NCBI GenBank assembly: GCA_963771885.1
Contig: CAVYVF010000023.1
Location: 832,001 to 896,000, forward strand
Reading direction: 5' to 3'
DNA: 64,000 bases
From: Candidatus Bathyarchaeota archaeon
GTDB lineage: Archaea; Thermoproteota; Bathyarchaeia; TCS64
Shown here: one piece after another, positions 1 to 9,274 of the stretch
Position numbering within the stretch: position 1 is the first letter of the stretch
Layout: each line of letters begins with the position of its first letter
The notes under the pieces: generated by a model
What the model saw: only the letters and a program-made list of their open reading frames with translations
What the model was told of the DNA's origin: nothing
Database searches by the model: none
Program-made: the position numbers and the translations under genes

Positions 1-166
1 TCTGAAAATCTATACATTTAGCGGAGTTAATTGCGAAGAATGATGAGAACACCCTTGAATTAAATTCAAAACTCAATAATTGGATGTTTATACCAAAGCG
101 AGTTGGTATTAGATTAATCGATTATCCAACGAGTGTGTGAAAAAAGGGAAAATGATTTACATTTGT

Positions 167-463
167 TTACTTTTTAGACTTTATGTATAGTTCTATCGTC
201 TTTGACGCCGCCATTATGGGTTCAAAAGACCAATTCATTGTATCCTTAAAGTGCAGAGAAACATTTGTCAACTGTTCCTCAGTGGTATCGTCACCATAGA
301 GTATGAATCCCCTATACTCTCCAGGGAAAACAAAGTTATCAGACAAGGGATTAATTGGATATCTCGGGTCCTTTTTCTCTCTCGCATCAAGTAGTTCCTT
401 GTACTTCTTGATGTTAACCTCGAAGGTTGTAGACTCCATCTCCCAGTGTGCTAACCATTTCAC
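167..463 (-). CDS. Small hypothetical protein, possibly DUF3303/GYD-like dimeric alpha-beta barrel
   Basis: 98-aa ORF with GTG start, purine-rich RBS (GGAGA) upstream; pattern MKWLAHW...GEYRGFILY...WSFEPIM resembles DUF3303-type proteins; lies in AT-rich segment. Confidence 0.6.
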   Translation of the reverse strand: MKWLAHWEMESTTFEVNIKKYKELLDAREKKDPRYPINPLSDNFVFPGEYRGFILYGDDTTEEQLTNVSLHFKDTMNWSFEPIMAASKTIELYIKSKK

Positions 464-507
464 AGCCTTTCATCTCCTCATAATTTGAAAAAGATGGTTT
501 CCGATCA

Positions 508-765
508 TCACGCAAAGAAATCATAGAAAAAGTTTGGCAGAATCTTGTAATCTCTAGTCCATTTAAAGGTCGCACCAGATTTTTCCCACGTAGCCCAGTC
601 TTTTACTTCCCAGAAATATGCCCAATTATACACTTTAGTGACTGGTGCAAATTTTCCTAGGAACTTTACTCCTGGATGTTTTTCACAGTTCTTTTTGACG
701 GCTTCGACATATTCTTCAAGTTGTTCATTCGTTCCTAGCCAATTGAAATATCCGATCACTATCAT
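508..765 (-). CDS. Small hypothetical protein (alpha-beta barrel-like)
   Basis: 85-aa ORF, ATG preceded by GGTGA; co-oriented with 167..463. Confidence 0.6.
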   Translation of the reverse strand: MIVIGYFNWLGTNEQLEEYVEAVKKNCEKHPGVKFLGKFAPVTKVYNWAYFWEVKDWATWEKSGATFKWTRDYKILPNFFYDFFA

Positions 766-925
766 TTCGCTTCACCTACAAAACGCAAGTGATGTTTTAT
801 TTTAATTCATTATAAATTATGTATGTTTACACTTGTATACGTGCGCGGCTTTTTTTAAAACTCCAGTCAAAGATAAAGGCACTGCGCGCGCGAATACTCA
901 ACTCTTTAGTAAAATCAGTTTTGGA

Positions 926-1001
926 TGGTAGCCCGGCTGAGATTCGAACTCAGGTCTAAGGGTCCAAAGCCCTCCATCCTTGTCCACTAGACGACCGGGC
1001 T
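926..1001 (-). tRNA. tRNA-Gln(TTG)
   Basis: Reverse complement AGCCCGG...GAGGG-CT-TTG-GA-CCCTT...GTTCGAATC...CCGGGCT-A-CCA folds as a cloverleaf. Confidence 0.95.
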
Positions 1002-1094
1002 CCGCAAACAAGACCACGCCGTTGCATCTATAAAGGCATCCCCGGAGGGGTAAACCCAAATACCCCGCCGTCGAGGCTAGATGAGGTGTAACCA

Positions 1095-1373
1095 TTGGAG
1101 CTCACCTCGAAGCAGCGCGCCGAGCTGAAAGCGAAGGCGCATGAACTCGACCCCGTCGCCCACATAGGCAAATACGGCGTCACCCCCGAGTCGCTCGCCC
1201 ACATAGACAAAGTCCTCACCGATCACGAATTGATCAAGGTCAAGTTCCTCGGCTTCAAGGAGCGCCGCGCCGAGCTGAGCGACGAGATAGCGGGCGCCAC
1301 CAGCGCCGTCGTCATAGACGTTATCGGCAACGTCGCCATTTTGTACCGAGAGAAGCCGGAAACGTCCGAATAA
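1095..1373 (+). CDS. yhbY: YhbY/CRM-domain RNA-binding protein
   Basis: LTSKQRAELKAKAHELDP..IGK.G, HELIKVK, IGNVAILYR signature. Confidence 0.9.
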   Translation: MELTSKQRAELKAKAHELDPVAHIGKYGVTPESLAHIDKVLTDHELIKVKFLGFKERRAELSDEIAGATSAVVIDVIGNVAILYREKPETSE

Positions 1374-1420
1374 GAGACACCATTTTAAGCCGGATAGCCC
1401 ACCGTTCAGATAGACCCCCG

Positions 1421-1894
1421 ATGAAGTTCGACGAGACCGACGTCAGGATAATCCGCAACCTCCAGAAGGACGCGAGGACAAGCTTCGCAGACATAGCCGC
1501 CGAGTGCAGCGTCAGCGTCGACACGATAATAAAGCGGTTCCAGCGCCTCCGCAGAAACGGAGTCGTACGCGGCACAACTATACTGCTCGACCCCCGCCGC
1601 TTCGGCCTCGATTGCCCAGCCAGCTTCGAGATAGGCGTCGAACCAGTCAAGGTCTCCTCCGTCGTCGAGGCACTACGGAGGCAACCCGGCGTCGTCTTCT
1701 GCACCCCAAGCGTCGGCATGCAAAACATCTTCGCCGTCGCAGTCCTCCCAGGAATGAAGGAACTCAACACACTCTTAGAAAACATAAAGACACTACCCGA
1801 CGTCGTAGACGTAAAAACAAGCATCTGGGTCGAGGACATACTCCTATGCCCAGAGAACTTCGAACTCGAGGGCCTCAAGGGGGTCGTAGCCTGA
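1421..1894 (+). CDS. Lrp/AsnC family transcriptional regulator
   Basis: DETDVRIIRNLQKDARTSFADIA N-terminal HTH, RAM-type C-terminal domain. Confidence 0.9.
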   Translation: MKFDETDVRIIRNLQKDARTSFADIAAECSVSVDTIIKRFQRLRRNGVVRGTTILLDPRRFGLDCPASFEIGVEPVKVSSVVEALRRQPGVVFCTPSVGMQNIFAVAVLPGMKELNTLLENIKTLPDVVDVKTSIWVEDILLCPENFELEGLKGVVA

Positions 1895-2352
1895 TGGACG
1901 AAGTAGACGAGCGAATAGTCACCATGATGACCGAGGACGCCCGCATCAGCTTCCGCAAGATGGCGAAAGAGCTCGACAAAAGCCCGGACACCATAATCAA
2001 CAGGTACCAGCGCCTCAGAGACGCAGGCGACGTCAGGGGCTCAACTATCGTCGTAGAACCCCGCATGATAGGCTACGAGGGCATGGCAGTCTTCCACATA
2101 GACGTCTACACAAGCAGCGGCGCCAAAACTGACTCCACCAGCATACTAAAGACACTCATAAAGATGCCCAACATCATCGTCGCCACCAAGACGGTCGGCG
2201 ACCACGACCTCCTCGCCATAGGCGTCATACACGACTTCGACCACCTCATGAAGCTCGGAAAGGAGATCGCGGCGCTGCCAGGCATCAAGAACATCCAGAC
2301 CGCGCTCTGGGCGGGCGACGGGGAGATCTGCCCCAGATACTTCATAATTTAG
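1894..2352 (+). CDS. Second Lrp/AsnC family regulator (start at ATG 1894, TGATG overlap with the previous stop)
   Basis: MDEVDERIVTMMTEDARISFRKMAKEL HTH; the ORF-track N-terminal extension from 1504 is spurious. Confidence 0.9.
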   Translation: MDEVDERIVTMMTEDARISFRKMAKELDKSPDTIINRYQRLRDAGDVRGSTIVVEPRMIGYEGMAVFHIDVYTSSGAKTDSTSILKTLIKMPNIIVATKTVGDHDLLAIGVIHDFDHLMKLGKEIAALPGIKNIQTALWAGDGEICPRYFII

Positions 2353-2418
2353 CCGATAAAGATCAAGAGATAGTTCAAATATTCTTATTTCATCCGATTA
2401 CTATACTCTATTCCATAT

Positions 2419-2462
2419 ATTCTAAGATAAAATCGCTTTCAGCATCTGTTATCTCTTAGAAT
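2419..2462. promoter_or_regulatory. Inverted repeat in amt upstream region, candidate operator
   Basis: ATTCTAAGA (2419-2427) and TCTTAGAAT (2454-2462) are exact reverse complements in an AT-rich intergenic region. Confidence 0.3.
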
Positions 2463-2604
2463 TGATGTGTAAAATATGACCTATTTCCCTTATTATATCT
2501 ATAAGACCTTTACAAGTTACGACAAATCCCCGGAAATACGTCTTTTTTATTCTAAAAAACTCTAAATATACTATTTCGAGTCCTTACAAGCTGGTGCCAA
2601 TCTA

Positions 2605-3837
2605 GTGAATCCCGGTGATATCGCTTGGGTGGCTGTCGCCACTGCGCTCGTCATGTTGATGACTCCAGCCCTCGGCTTCTTCTACGCTGGACTTGTTAGG
2701 CGTAAGAACCTGTTATCGACGCTGGTTCAGTGCCTCATAATCTTCGCCGTTGTAAGCCTAGTCTGGACCCTCTATGGGTACAGCCTTGTCTTCGCACCGA
2801 GTATTAACGGTGTAATCGGTGACCTATCCCTCTTTGGACTAAACGGAGTAGGCGCTGCGCCAAACTTAATCTACGCCCCGCTCATACCCGAACTCCTCTT
2901 CTTCGCATTCCAACTCAAGTTCGCGGCTATTACCCCCGCGCTTATTATCGGGGCCTTCGCGGAGAGGATACACTTCAGGTCGCTACTCATATTCATCATC
3001 CTCTGGTCCACGCTCATCTACAGCCCGGTGGCTCACTGGGTGTGGAACTCCGGAGGATGGCTTAGGGCTCTAGGCGCCATCGACTTCGCCGGTGGGCTCG
3101 TGGTCCACATCACCGCTGGTCTTTCTGCCCTCGCCGCTGCGATCGTGATAGGGCGCAGGAAGGACATCGAGAAAAAGGAGACGATGAAGCCGAGCAACAT
3201 CCCGTATGTCATCCTCGGCGCGGCTCTGCTCTGGTTCGGATGGTTCGGTTTCAATGCAGGCAGCGCGCTTGGCGCAGACAGCATCATGGTATACGCGCTT
3301 GTCAACACTAACATCGCCGCTGCGGCGGCAGCCTGTAGCTGGATGATAGTCGACTGGATAACGAAGGGTAAGCCCTCAGCGGTCGGAATGGCGGTAGGCG
3401 CCGTTTGCGGCCTCGTAGCTATTACCCCTGCTTCGGGATACGTAACTGTCATATCAGCACTCATCATTGGGCTCGTCGCCGGAATACTCTCGAACCTGAT
3501 ATCTGGTTGGAGGGCGACGAGGACTCGCGTCGATGACACACTCGACGTCTTCGCCTGCCACGGAGTAAGTGGCATTTGGGGATCGATAGCCACGGGCATC
3601 TTCGCCACACTTCTTATCAACCCAGCAGCGTTCAACGGCCTGCTCGCAGGCAACCCAGGCCTACTCTGGTCCCAAGCTATCGCAGTCGCCGTCATTGCCG
3701 CCTTCTCCTTCTTCGGCTCCTACATACTGCTTAAGATCATCAACCTCTTCTCCCCGCTGAGAGTATCCCCCGAGGATGAGGAGAAGGGGCTCGACCTCAC
3801 TGAACATGGTGAGGAAGCCTACTCCCAGCAGGACTAG
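2605..3837 (+). CDS. amt: Ammonium transporter (Amt family)
   Basis: MTPALGFFYAG, AHWVW, DFAGG..VH, WFGWFGFNAGS, DD.LDVF.CHG motifs; multiple TM helices. Confidence 0.97.
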   Translation: MNPGDIAWVAVATALVMLMTPALGFFYAGLVRRKNLLSTLVQCLIIFAVVSLVWTLYGYSLVFAPSINGVIGDLSLFGLNGVGAAPNLIYAPLIPELLFFAFQLKFAAITPALIIGAFAERIHFRSLLIFIILWSTLIYSPVAHWVWNSGGWLRALGAIDFAGGLVVHITAGLSALAAAIVIGRRKDIEKKETMKPSNIPYVILGAALLWFGWFGFNAGSALGADSIMVYALVNTNIAAAAAACSWMIVDWITKGKPSAVGMAVGAVCGLVAITPASGYVTVISALIIGLVAGILSNLISGWRATRTRVDDTLDVFACHGVSGIWGSIATGIFATLLINPAAFNGLLAGNPGLLWSQAIAVAVIAAFSFFGSYILLKIINLFSPLRVSPEDEEKGLDLTEHGEEAYSQQD

Positions 3838-3850
3838 CCCGCCCTTCAGC

Positions 3851-4450
3851 TCAGTTTTTCAGAGCCCTTAAAACCCTATATCCCCCGCCCCTCGCGGCTA
3901 CCTCAATGTTGCCGAAAGCCTCTTCTATAAGGGCGGAGACGGTTCGCCCCCCCTTGTTTGACTGTACAACGAGCTGGAGTGAACCTCCCGAGTTGAGGTG
4001 GAGCGGTGCGTCTTTTATGATGGGTTCGACGATCTTCGCCATCCCGGCGGAGATTGGGGGATTCGTGATTATGGCGTCGAAGGTTTCGCCTTGAACGGGC
4101 TCATAGAGACTCCCCTGTATTATTGTAGCCCGGACGCTGTTACGACGCATATTCTCCTCTGCTAGGGCAACGGCACGGGAGTTGACATCGGTCATCCAGA
4201 CTCTGAGACCAGGATTCTTCTTTGCCGCTGCTATGCCTATGACGCCGTATCCGCAACCTAGGTCGAGGACCTTGCCTTCGGTTGGGAGCACCATCGACTC
4301 AACGAGGAGGCGTGTGCCGTTGTCGATCCTCTTGTGGCTAAAGACTCCGCTGCTTGTCATGAACTCCAGCTGGAAGCCATTGAGAGTAGCCCTTATGAGG
4401 CCGAGCTTCTCGGAGCTTGTAGGGTTCTCGGAAAAGTAGTGCTCGGACAC
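3851..4450 (-). CDS. RsmC-like class I SAM-dependent methyltransferase
   Basis: EHYFS N-terminus, GVFS...D.GT.LL, LDLGCGYG, NPP motif; likely GTG start at 4450. Confidence 0.88.
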   Translation of the reverse strand: MSEHYFSENPTSSEKLGLIRATLNGFQLEFMTSSGVFSHKRIDNGTRLLVESMVLPTEGKVLDLGCGYGVIGIAAAKKNPGLRVWMTDVNSRAVALAEENMRRNSVRATIIQGSLYEPVQGETFDAIITNPPISAGMAKIVEPIIKDAPLHLNSGGSLQLVVQSNKGGRTVSALIEEAFGNIEVAARGGGYRVLRALKN

Positions 4451-4452
4451 CC

Positions 4453-5433
4453 CTACCACGACTTGGGGTAGGTGCCTCTCAGCATTATGACGCGCTCGGG
4501 GATGGCGGCGATGCCGTGCTCCTCCTTGACGATGGTGTCGGTGTTCATCTCCGCCTTCATAAGGGCGACTGCCTCCCCGCGCTGGGTCATCACGGCGATT
4601 AATCCCTTCGGCTCAATGCCGGACTCGAGGCGGAGTATGCCGGGGACAGCGAGCTGGGCGCCTGTGCAGAGGGCTTCGACAGCGGAGTCTCTGATCCAGA
4701 TGTGCGGCAGGAGCGACAAGGCCTCCTCGACGGGGTGTATGAGCTTCTTCAGCGGCGTCTCGTCTCCCTCATGATAGAGGTCCATCGCGTCCGCGATATC
4801 GTAGAGTGTAACCGACTGCGCCTCGAGGAAGGGACCGCTGCGCGTCCTGCGTAGCTCATGCATATCAGCGCCGCAGCCGAGGACCTCGCCGACGTCAGCG
4901 CAAAGCTTCCTTATGTATGTACCACTCTGGCAGTCCACCTTGAAGAGCCAGTTCCTGCCACCGCCTTCTAGATACTCGATCTTGTAGATCCTGCGTGTGC
5001 GTAGCCTGCGGCTTACTGCCGATCTGAGGGGCGGCCTTTGGAATATCTCGCCCTCGAACTCCTTGAGGATTGGAACCAGGCGCTTCTCCTCAACGTCCTC
5101 GTGGGTACGCATTATGGTGACGTACTGCTTACCCGCGTCCAGGAGGGCTTGGACACATTTCGAAGAGTCTTCAAGTGTGACCGGGAGTACGCCAGTGACC
5201 TTGGGATCGAGTGTGCCACCGTGGCCGACGTGGTCGAGCTCCATGAGTTTCCTCACCCAGGCAACGACCTCGTGGCTCGTAGGACCGGGAACTTTGTCAA
5301 CTATGACGACGCCGCGCTTGAGCATTTGCTGGAGGTTTCTATCCTCTGGTGGGAGGCCGAGGCTCGTGTTGAACTCCTCCTCGGCGCGCGTGTAGATGGT
5401 TCTCTTTATCTCCCAGGCGGGAATCTCCGGCAT
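4453..5433 (-). CDS. cbf5: H/ACA RNA-guided pseudouridine synthase Cbf5 (TruB family)
   Basis: DK..GPTSHEVV, GHGGTLDP, QRPPLRSAV, GTYIRKLC, C-terminal PUA domain. Confidence 0.96.
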   Translation of the reverse strand: MPEIPAWEIKRTIYTRAEEEFNTSLGLPPEDRNLQQMLKRGVVIVDKVPGPTSHEVVAWVRKLMELDHVGHGGTLDPKVTGVLPVTLEDSSKCVQALLDAGKQYVTIMRTHEDVEEKRLVPILKEFEGEIFQRPPLRSAVSRRLRTRRIYKIEYLEGGGRNWLFKVDCQSGTYIRKLCADVGEVLGCGADMHELRRTRSGPFLEAQSVTLYDIADAMDLYHEGDETPLKKLIHPVEEALSLLPHIWIRDSAVEALCTGAQLAVPGILRLESGIEPKGLIAVMTQRGEAVALMKAEMNTDTIVKEEHGIAAIPERVIMLRGTYPKSW

Positions 5434-5588
5434 GACGTATCCCCCAGTGAATCTGTACCCGGGTCTATAAGCATGGTGCAGGCGGGCTGCTTCTTAGACG
5501 CTTTTTCCTCTGCCTGTATAACTCTAGCATTTCGGCGCCTTACGGGTATTGCGACATGCGCGCACGCATCCCGAGCAGACCCATCTAT

Positions 5589-5852
5589 CTACTTTTCCTC
5601 TTTCTTCTCTTCCGAGTCTTTCTTTAGCTTCTCTCTGTATTGCGTCACATCTGGGTGCTCCCACTCCTTCCCAATCGCCTGAGCGGTATAATCCATTCCT
5701 CCGCCGTATAGGGGGAGGTTCGAGCGGGGCTGGGTCTCCTCTGAGAGCCTCTTGTCGGGCAACGGCGGCTCCCTTCCCTCCCGGTCCGTCGCCTTCTCTT
5801 TCCTAAACAGCACCCAGAGGAGCGGGACGAAGATGAAGGCGAGTATTATCAA
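5589..5852 (-). CDS. Hypothetical single-pass membrane protein
   Basis: N-terminal hydrophobic helix followed by charged tail; start uncertain. Confidence 0.45.
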   Translation of the reverse strand: MIILAFIFVPLLWVLFRKEKATDREGREPPLPDKRLSEETQPRSNLPLYGGGMDYTAQAIGKEWEHPDVTQYREKLKKDSEEKKEEK

Positions 5853-5979
5853 TAATAGCTTGAGGACGCTCGAAGTCCCAGATGATCACTTTCACCCACC
5901 TATGTTCCATCTCCGTAGGGGATGGCTTAAGTCTATGTGAAAAATGAAGGATTAAAGAACCACAAGGGGAGAGTTTGCG

Positions 5980-7197
5980 TTGATGGTCTCGGCTCGAAAG
6001 GTGTCCGTGGACGCAGTTCGCAGGCTTCAACTTGAGAAGCAGGGTGTAGGCGAGCCAACCAAGAAGGCGACTAAGAAGAGGATAAGGGAGACCATCGAGC
6101 GCCTCGGTTGCCTACAAATCGACACAATTAACGTCGTAGAGCGTGCCCACTACTTCACACTCTGGACGCGTCTCGGCCAGTACAGGAAGGATGATCTCTA
6201 CAAGCTAGCGTACGAGGATCGGAGCGTCTTCGAGGGGTGGGGACATGCTATGTGCTACATGCCCATGGACCACTGGCGATACCTCATAGCCGCGAACAAG
6301 GAGCGGGCACACAGCAAGGTCATACACACCGGCTGGTTTAGCCGCGTCCCAGCCGACGTCGTCGACTCCGTCCTCGAACGTGTCAAGAATGAGGGGCCGC
6401 TTGGCAGCGCCGATTTTGAGGGGAAGAAGCCGAGCGGAGGCTGGTGGGGGTGGAAACCACAGAAGCGCGCCCTCGAGGCACTCTTCAGCGCGGGCGACCT
6501 TATGGTCACGCGTCGAGATGGCTTCCAGAGGATATACGACCTTACCGAGCGCGTGCTGCCCAGCGGCGTCGACGCGTCAGAGCCAACGGCGGAGGAGCGG
6601 AACAGGTTCTTCGCCAAGCGCACGCTGGGGTCGCTTGGTGCCACGAAGCCAACCGACGTAAAGTTCTACTACCACTCTTGGTGCGTAAAGTTCAAGCTGG
6701 CAACGAAGGATGTGCAAGCACTCCTCGATGGTCTCGCCGCGGAGGGCGTCGCCGAGAAGCTGAGCGTAGATGGGCTCAAGACTCCTTACTATTGCCTCGC
6801 CGAGGATGCGACCCGCCTCGAGGGGCTCGAGAAGGAGTGGCGATACGGTGGCGTTCGCCTCATCAACTACTTCGACAGCATGCTCTGGCACGCCGACAGG
6901 TTAAATTCCCTCTTCGGGTTCGAACGCGCCCTCGAGGTCTACCTCAAACCCGAGCAGAGGAAGTACGGCTACTACAGCGTGCCCATCCTCTACGGCGATA
7001 GACTCGTTGGGCGCCTTGACCCCAAGGCAGACCGCAAGGAGAAGAAGCTCATAGTGCGGGGTCTCTGGTACGAGGAAGGATTCAAACCCGACGAAGAATA
7101 CAAGGACGCGTTCGGAAAGACGCTTGATGACTTCGCCAAGTTCAACGGCGCCGAGGAAATAGATTGGCGCCTAGAAAAGACGCCTACTTCTGCTTGA
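5980..7197 (+). CDS. ycaQ: YcaQ/AlkZ-family (HTH_42) crosslink-repair DNA glycosylase
   Basis: LQIDTINVVERAH (QxD), YDLTERVLP, KYGYYSVPILYGDRLVGRLD motifs. Confidence 0.88.
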   Translation: MMVSARKVSVDAVRRLQLEKQGVGEPTKKATKKRIRETIERLGCLQIDTINVVERAHYFTLWTRLGQYRKDDLYKLAYEDRSVFEGWGHAMCYMPMDHWRYLIAANKERAHSKVIHTGWFSRVPADVVDSVLERVKNEGPLGSADFEGKKPSGGWWGWKPQKRALEALFSAGDLMVTRRDGFQRIYDLTERVLPSGVDASEPTAEERNRFFAKRTLGSLGATKPTDVKFYYHSWCVKFKLATKDVQALLDGLAAEGVAEKLSVDGLKTPYYCLAEDATRLEGLEKEWRYGGVRLINYFDSMLWHADRLNSLFGFERALEVYLKPEQRKYGYYSVPILYGDRLVGRLDPKADRKEKKLIVRGLWYEEGFKPDEEYKDAFGKTLDDFAKFNGAEEIDWRLEKTPTSA

Positions 7198-7960
7198 TGA
7201 TGCGGGTGGTGAGCTTCGGCTCGCCACGGACAGACTTTACGGCCTCGACCGCCTCCTTCACCGCCTCGTCATCGCCGTCGAGGAGGAAGAGCTTGGAGCC
7301 CTCTGCGCCGTCGATGCCGCCGCCCCCGATCGGGACGACCTCGACGCCGAAGAGCTCCTTGAACGCCTCCATCTCGGTGATTATGTAGCCGCCTACTACC
7401 ATCATGCCGCACTTGACGTCGAGTGCTATGTCGACCTTGTTTATGCCCATGCGGTTTGCGGCGTCAGTGAGGTTGATAGGGACGAGCTTCTCGAGGCCAG
7501 CCGCGATAATGGTTGTTATTCCGTTGCTCGTGAGGTAGCCCCAGACGGCGCCGATTGTTCCGCCGCCAACTCCGCCTAGGAGGATGCCGGCCTGGCCGAA
7601 GGGATCGATGGCGTTGGCGCCTTTGATGAAGATGTCGCCTGGCCCCATGTCCTTGAGGTACTCGCCGAGCTCGGGAACCTTTGCCGTCTTGACCTTGCCC
7701 TTCTGGATGACGGTGTGGTCGCCGCGGCCCTTTGCCTCGGTGATCTGAAGGCCGTCCTTAGTGACGACGCCGGCTGTGAACATACCCTTTTCTTTGATCT
7801 CCTTGCCGAGGAGCTCCTCGAGGACGTAGGCATTCGTTGTGCTCGTGGCGACGATAATTGTTCCATTCTCCTTCGCGAGCTGGACTATCGGCATGTGGGC
7901 GATCGCCTTGGCGATCAGCCTCTTCCCCTCGGATGGGGTGAGTACTACCTCTGCTAGCAA
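7184..7960 (-). CDS. Conserved hypothetical protein (LTPSEGKRLIAKA / KGANAID family)
   Basis: Long ORF with native codon style and conserved-looking motifs STTNAYV, KGANAID, GLEKLVP, GGGIDGAEG; ORF is open to 8002, TTG at 7960 has GGTG RBS. Confidence 0.8.
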   Translation of the reverse strand: MLAEVVLTPSEGKRLIAKAIAHMPIVQLAKENGTIIVATSTTNAYVLEELLGKEIKEKGMFTAGVVTKDGLQITEAKGRGDHTVIQKGKVKTAKVPELGEYLKDMGPGDIFIKGANAIDPFGQAGILLGGVGGGTIGAVWGYLTSNGITTIIAAGLEKLVPINLTDAANRMGINKVDIALDVKCGMMVVGGYIITEMEAFKELFGVEVVPIGGGGIDGAEGSKLFLLDGDDEAVKEAVEAVKSVRGEPKLTTRIIKQK

Positions 7961-8222
7961 GTCAAATACACCGGTTCTTATGGTAGCCTCGGGGCGATCC
8001 ATTTAAAAACTTAGCTAAACAAAGCTCAGCAATGCCCCTTATCTTCGGTCTTCTGTAAAGGAAAGGTGCCCTAATACATAATCCGAATAATAATATCACA
8101 TAATACTCGGGGAATGGTAGCCTCCACGCGAGCGACTTGAGGTAAACGGAAAACACCGGATGTAGTTAGATGCCGTTTTTAGCTGGAGCATGTAAATCGT
8201 CACAGCGCAACGGAGACGCACG

Positions 8223-9020
8223 TTATACTGCGCTCTGCTCCGCCAGCGCCTCGGCGAATATTTCGCCGAACTCGGTGAGGCTGATGACCTTCATCTTGCT
8301 CCCCTTCTCGGCGTCGATAAGTCCCTTCATCTCTAGCTTCGTGACGATGCGGCTGAACTTGTTTCGGAGGGTTGAGCTCGCCGCCTTGTGGCCGAACCAG
8401 CGGATGATATCGCTTATGGACTCTGCCTCGCCGCCGTTCTCTCGAAGGAGTATGAGGAGCTTCTTCTCCCTGTCCCATTCTTTCTCCTCATGCTTTGTAT
8501 TTGGCTCGAGGCGGTAGCCGGGGAGCTGTATCTCCTTTGGCTCCTTGCTAGCCTGGTTTCGGGCGTTTTCGAACCACTTTTCGAACTGTGGGTCGCCTAC
8601 TTTGCCCGTTACGTACCACGCGGAGCGCTCTGGGGGGACGCTGTAGACGCGTGCGTTACGGAACATGAGGGCGACTGTGAGGCTGACGCCCTGGGTGATG
8701 TCGGTTGTGCTGGTGACGTCGATGAGAACCTCCTCGCCCGAGGCTCTTGCCATATTTACAACGCCGTAGATTGCCTTGAACGCGCTGCGGTGGTCCATAG
8801 GGTCGAAGCCTATGAGCTCGGGGTCAAGTATCTCGAGCTTGTCGCGTAGCTCCTCAGCGTTCTTCTGGCTCATGTAACTGAATACTGCGGTCTCATCTGT
8901 AGCCTTGGCGTTACTGTAGAGCAGATATAGCTTGGTTATGCCGTGGTGTTTGCTCCAGTATCGTATGCCGTCGAAGGGGCGGCGGAAGTGTGTGCCCACG
9001 AGAGCGACTATAATTGTCAT
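8223..9020 (-). CDS. CARF-like (DUF6293/Csa3-like) N-terminal domain plus C-terminal winged-helix transcriptional regulator
   Basis: Rossmann-like IIVALVG...KLYLLY...FDPMD...VLIDVTS; C-terminal SISDII...IVTKLEMKGLI...ISLTEFG wHTH. Confidence 0.7.
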   Translation of the reverse strand: MTIIVALVGTHFRRPFDGIRYWSKHHGITKLYLLYSNAKATDETAVFSYMSQKNAEELRDKLEILDPELIGFDPMDHRSAFKAIYGVVNMARASGEEVLIDVTSTTDITQGVSLTVALMFRNARVYSVPPERSAWYVTGKVGDPQFEKWFENARNQASKEPKEIQLPGYRLEPNTKHEEKEWDREKKLLILLRENGGEAESISDIIRWFGHKAASSTLRNKFSRIVTKLEMKGLIDAEKGSKMKVISLTEFGEIFAEALAEQSAV

Positions 9021-9274
9021 ATTAACCCCGGCTTTCACTGTATATTATACGGATTGTAACTACATATGATTGAATATATAAAATGTTGTAGATATTTGAG
9101 ATAATCATTAGACGATTACGTAATAATGGGACAATCCGTTTTTAGTTGAGCTAAAAGTGATTGTCACGTTTAATCGATATTCGGAGTATTATGAATGCTG
9201 TGGACACGTTCTTATAGCGCGCGGGTTCAGGATGTCTCTATCTATCTCAGTCAACTCCATCGGTGAATGATGCT

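Noticed and set aside
898..1095. 65-aa ORF over tRNA-Gln
   Set aside because: Overlaps the tRNA gene; shadow ORF
1504..1893. Arg-rich N-terminal extension of the 282-aa ORF
   Set aside because: Alternative-frame read of the first Lrp gene; the second Lrp starts at ATG 1894
1421..2352. Lrp pair as siroheme decarboxylase AhbA/AhbB
   Set aside because: No HxYxR-type motif seen and no heme biosynthesis genes nearby; they look like ordinary HTH-RAM regulators
2530..2548. NrpR operator upstream of amt
   Set aside because: GGAAATACGTCTTT lacks the TTCC half-site
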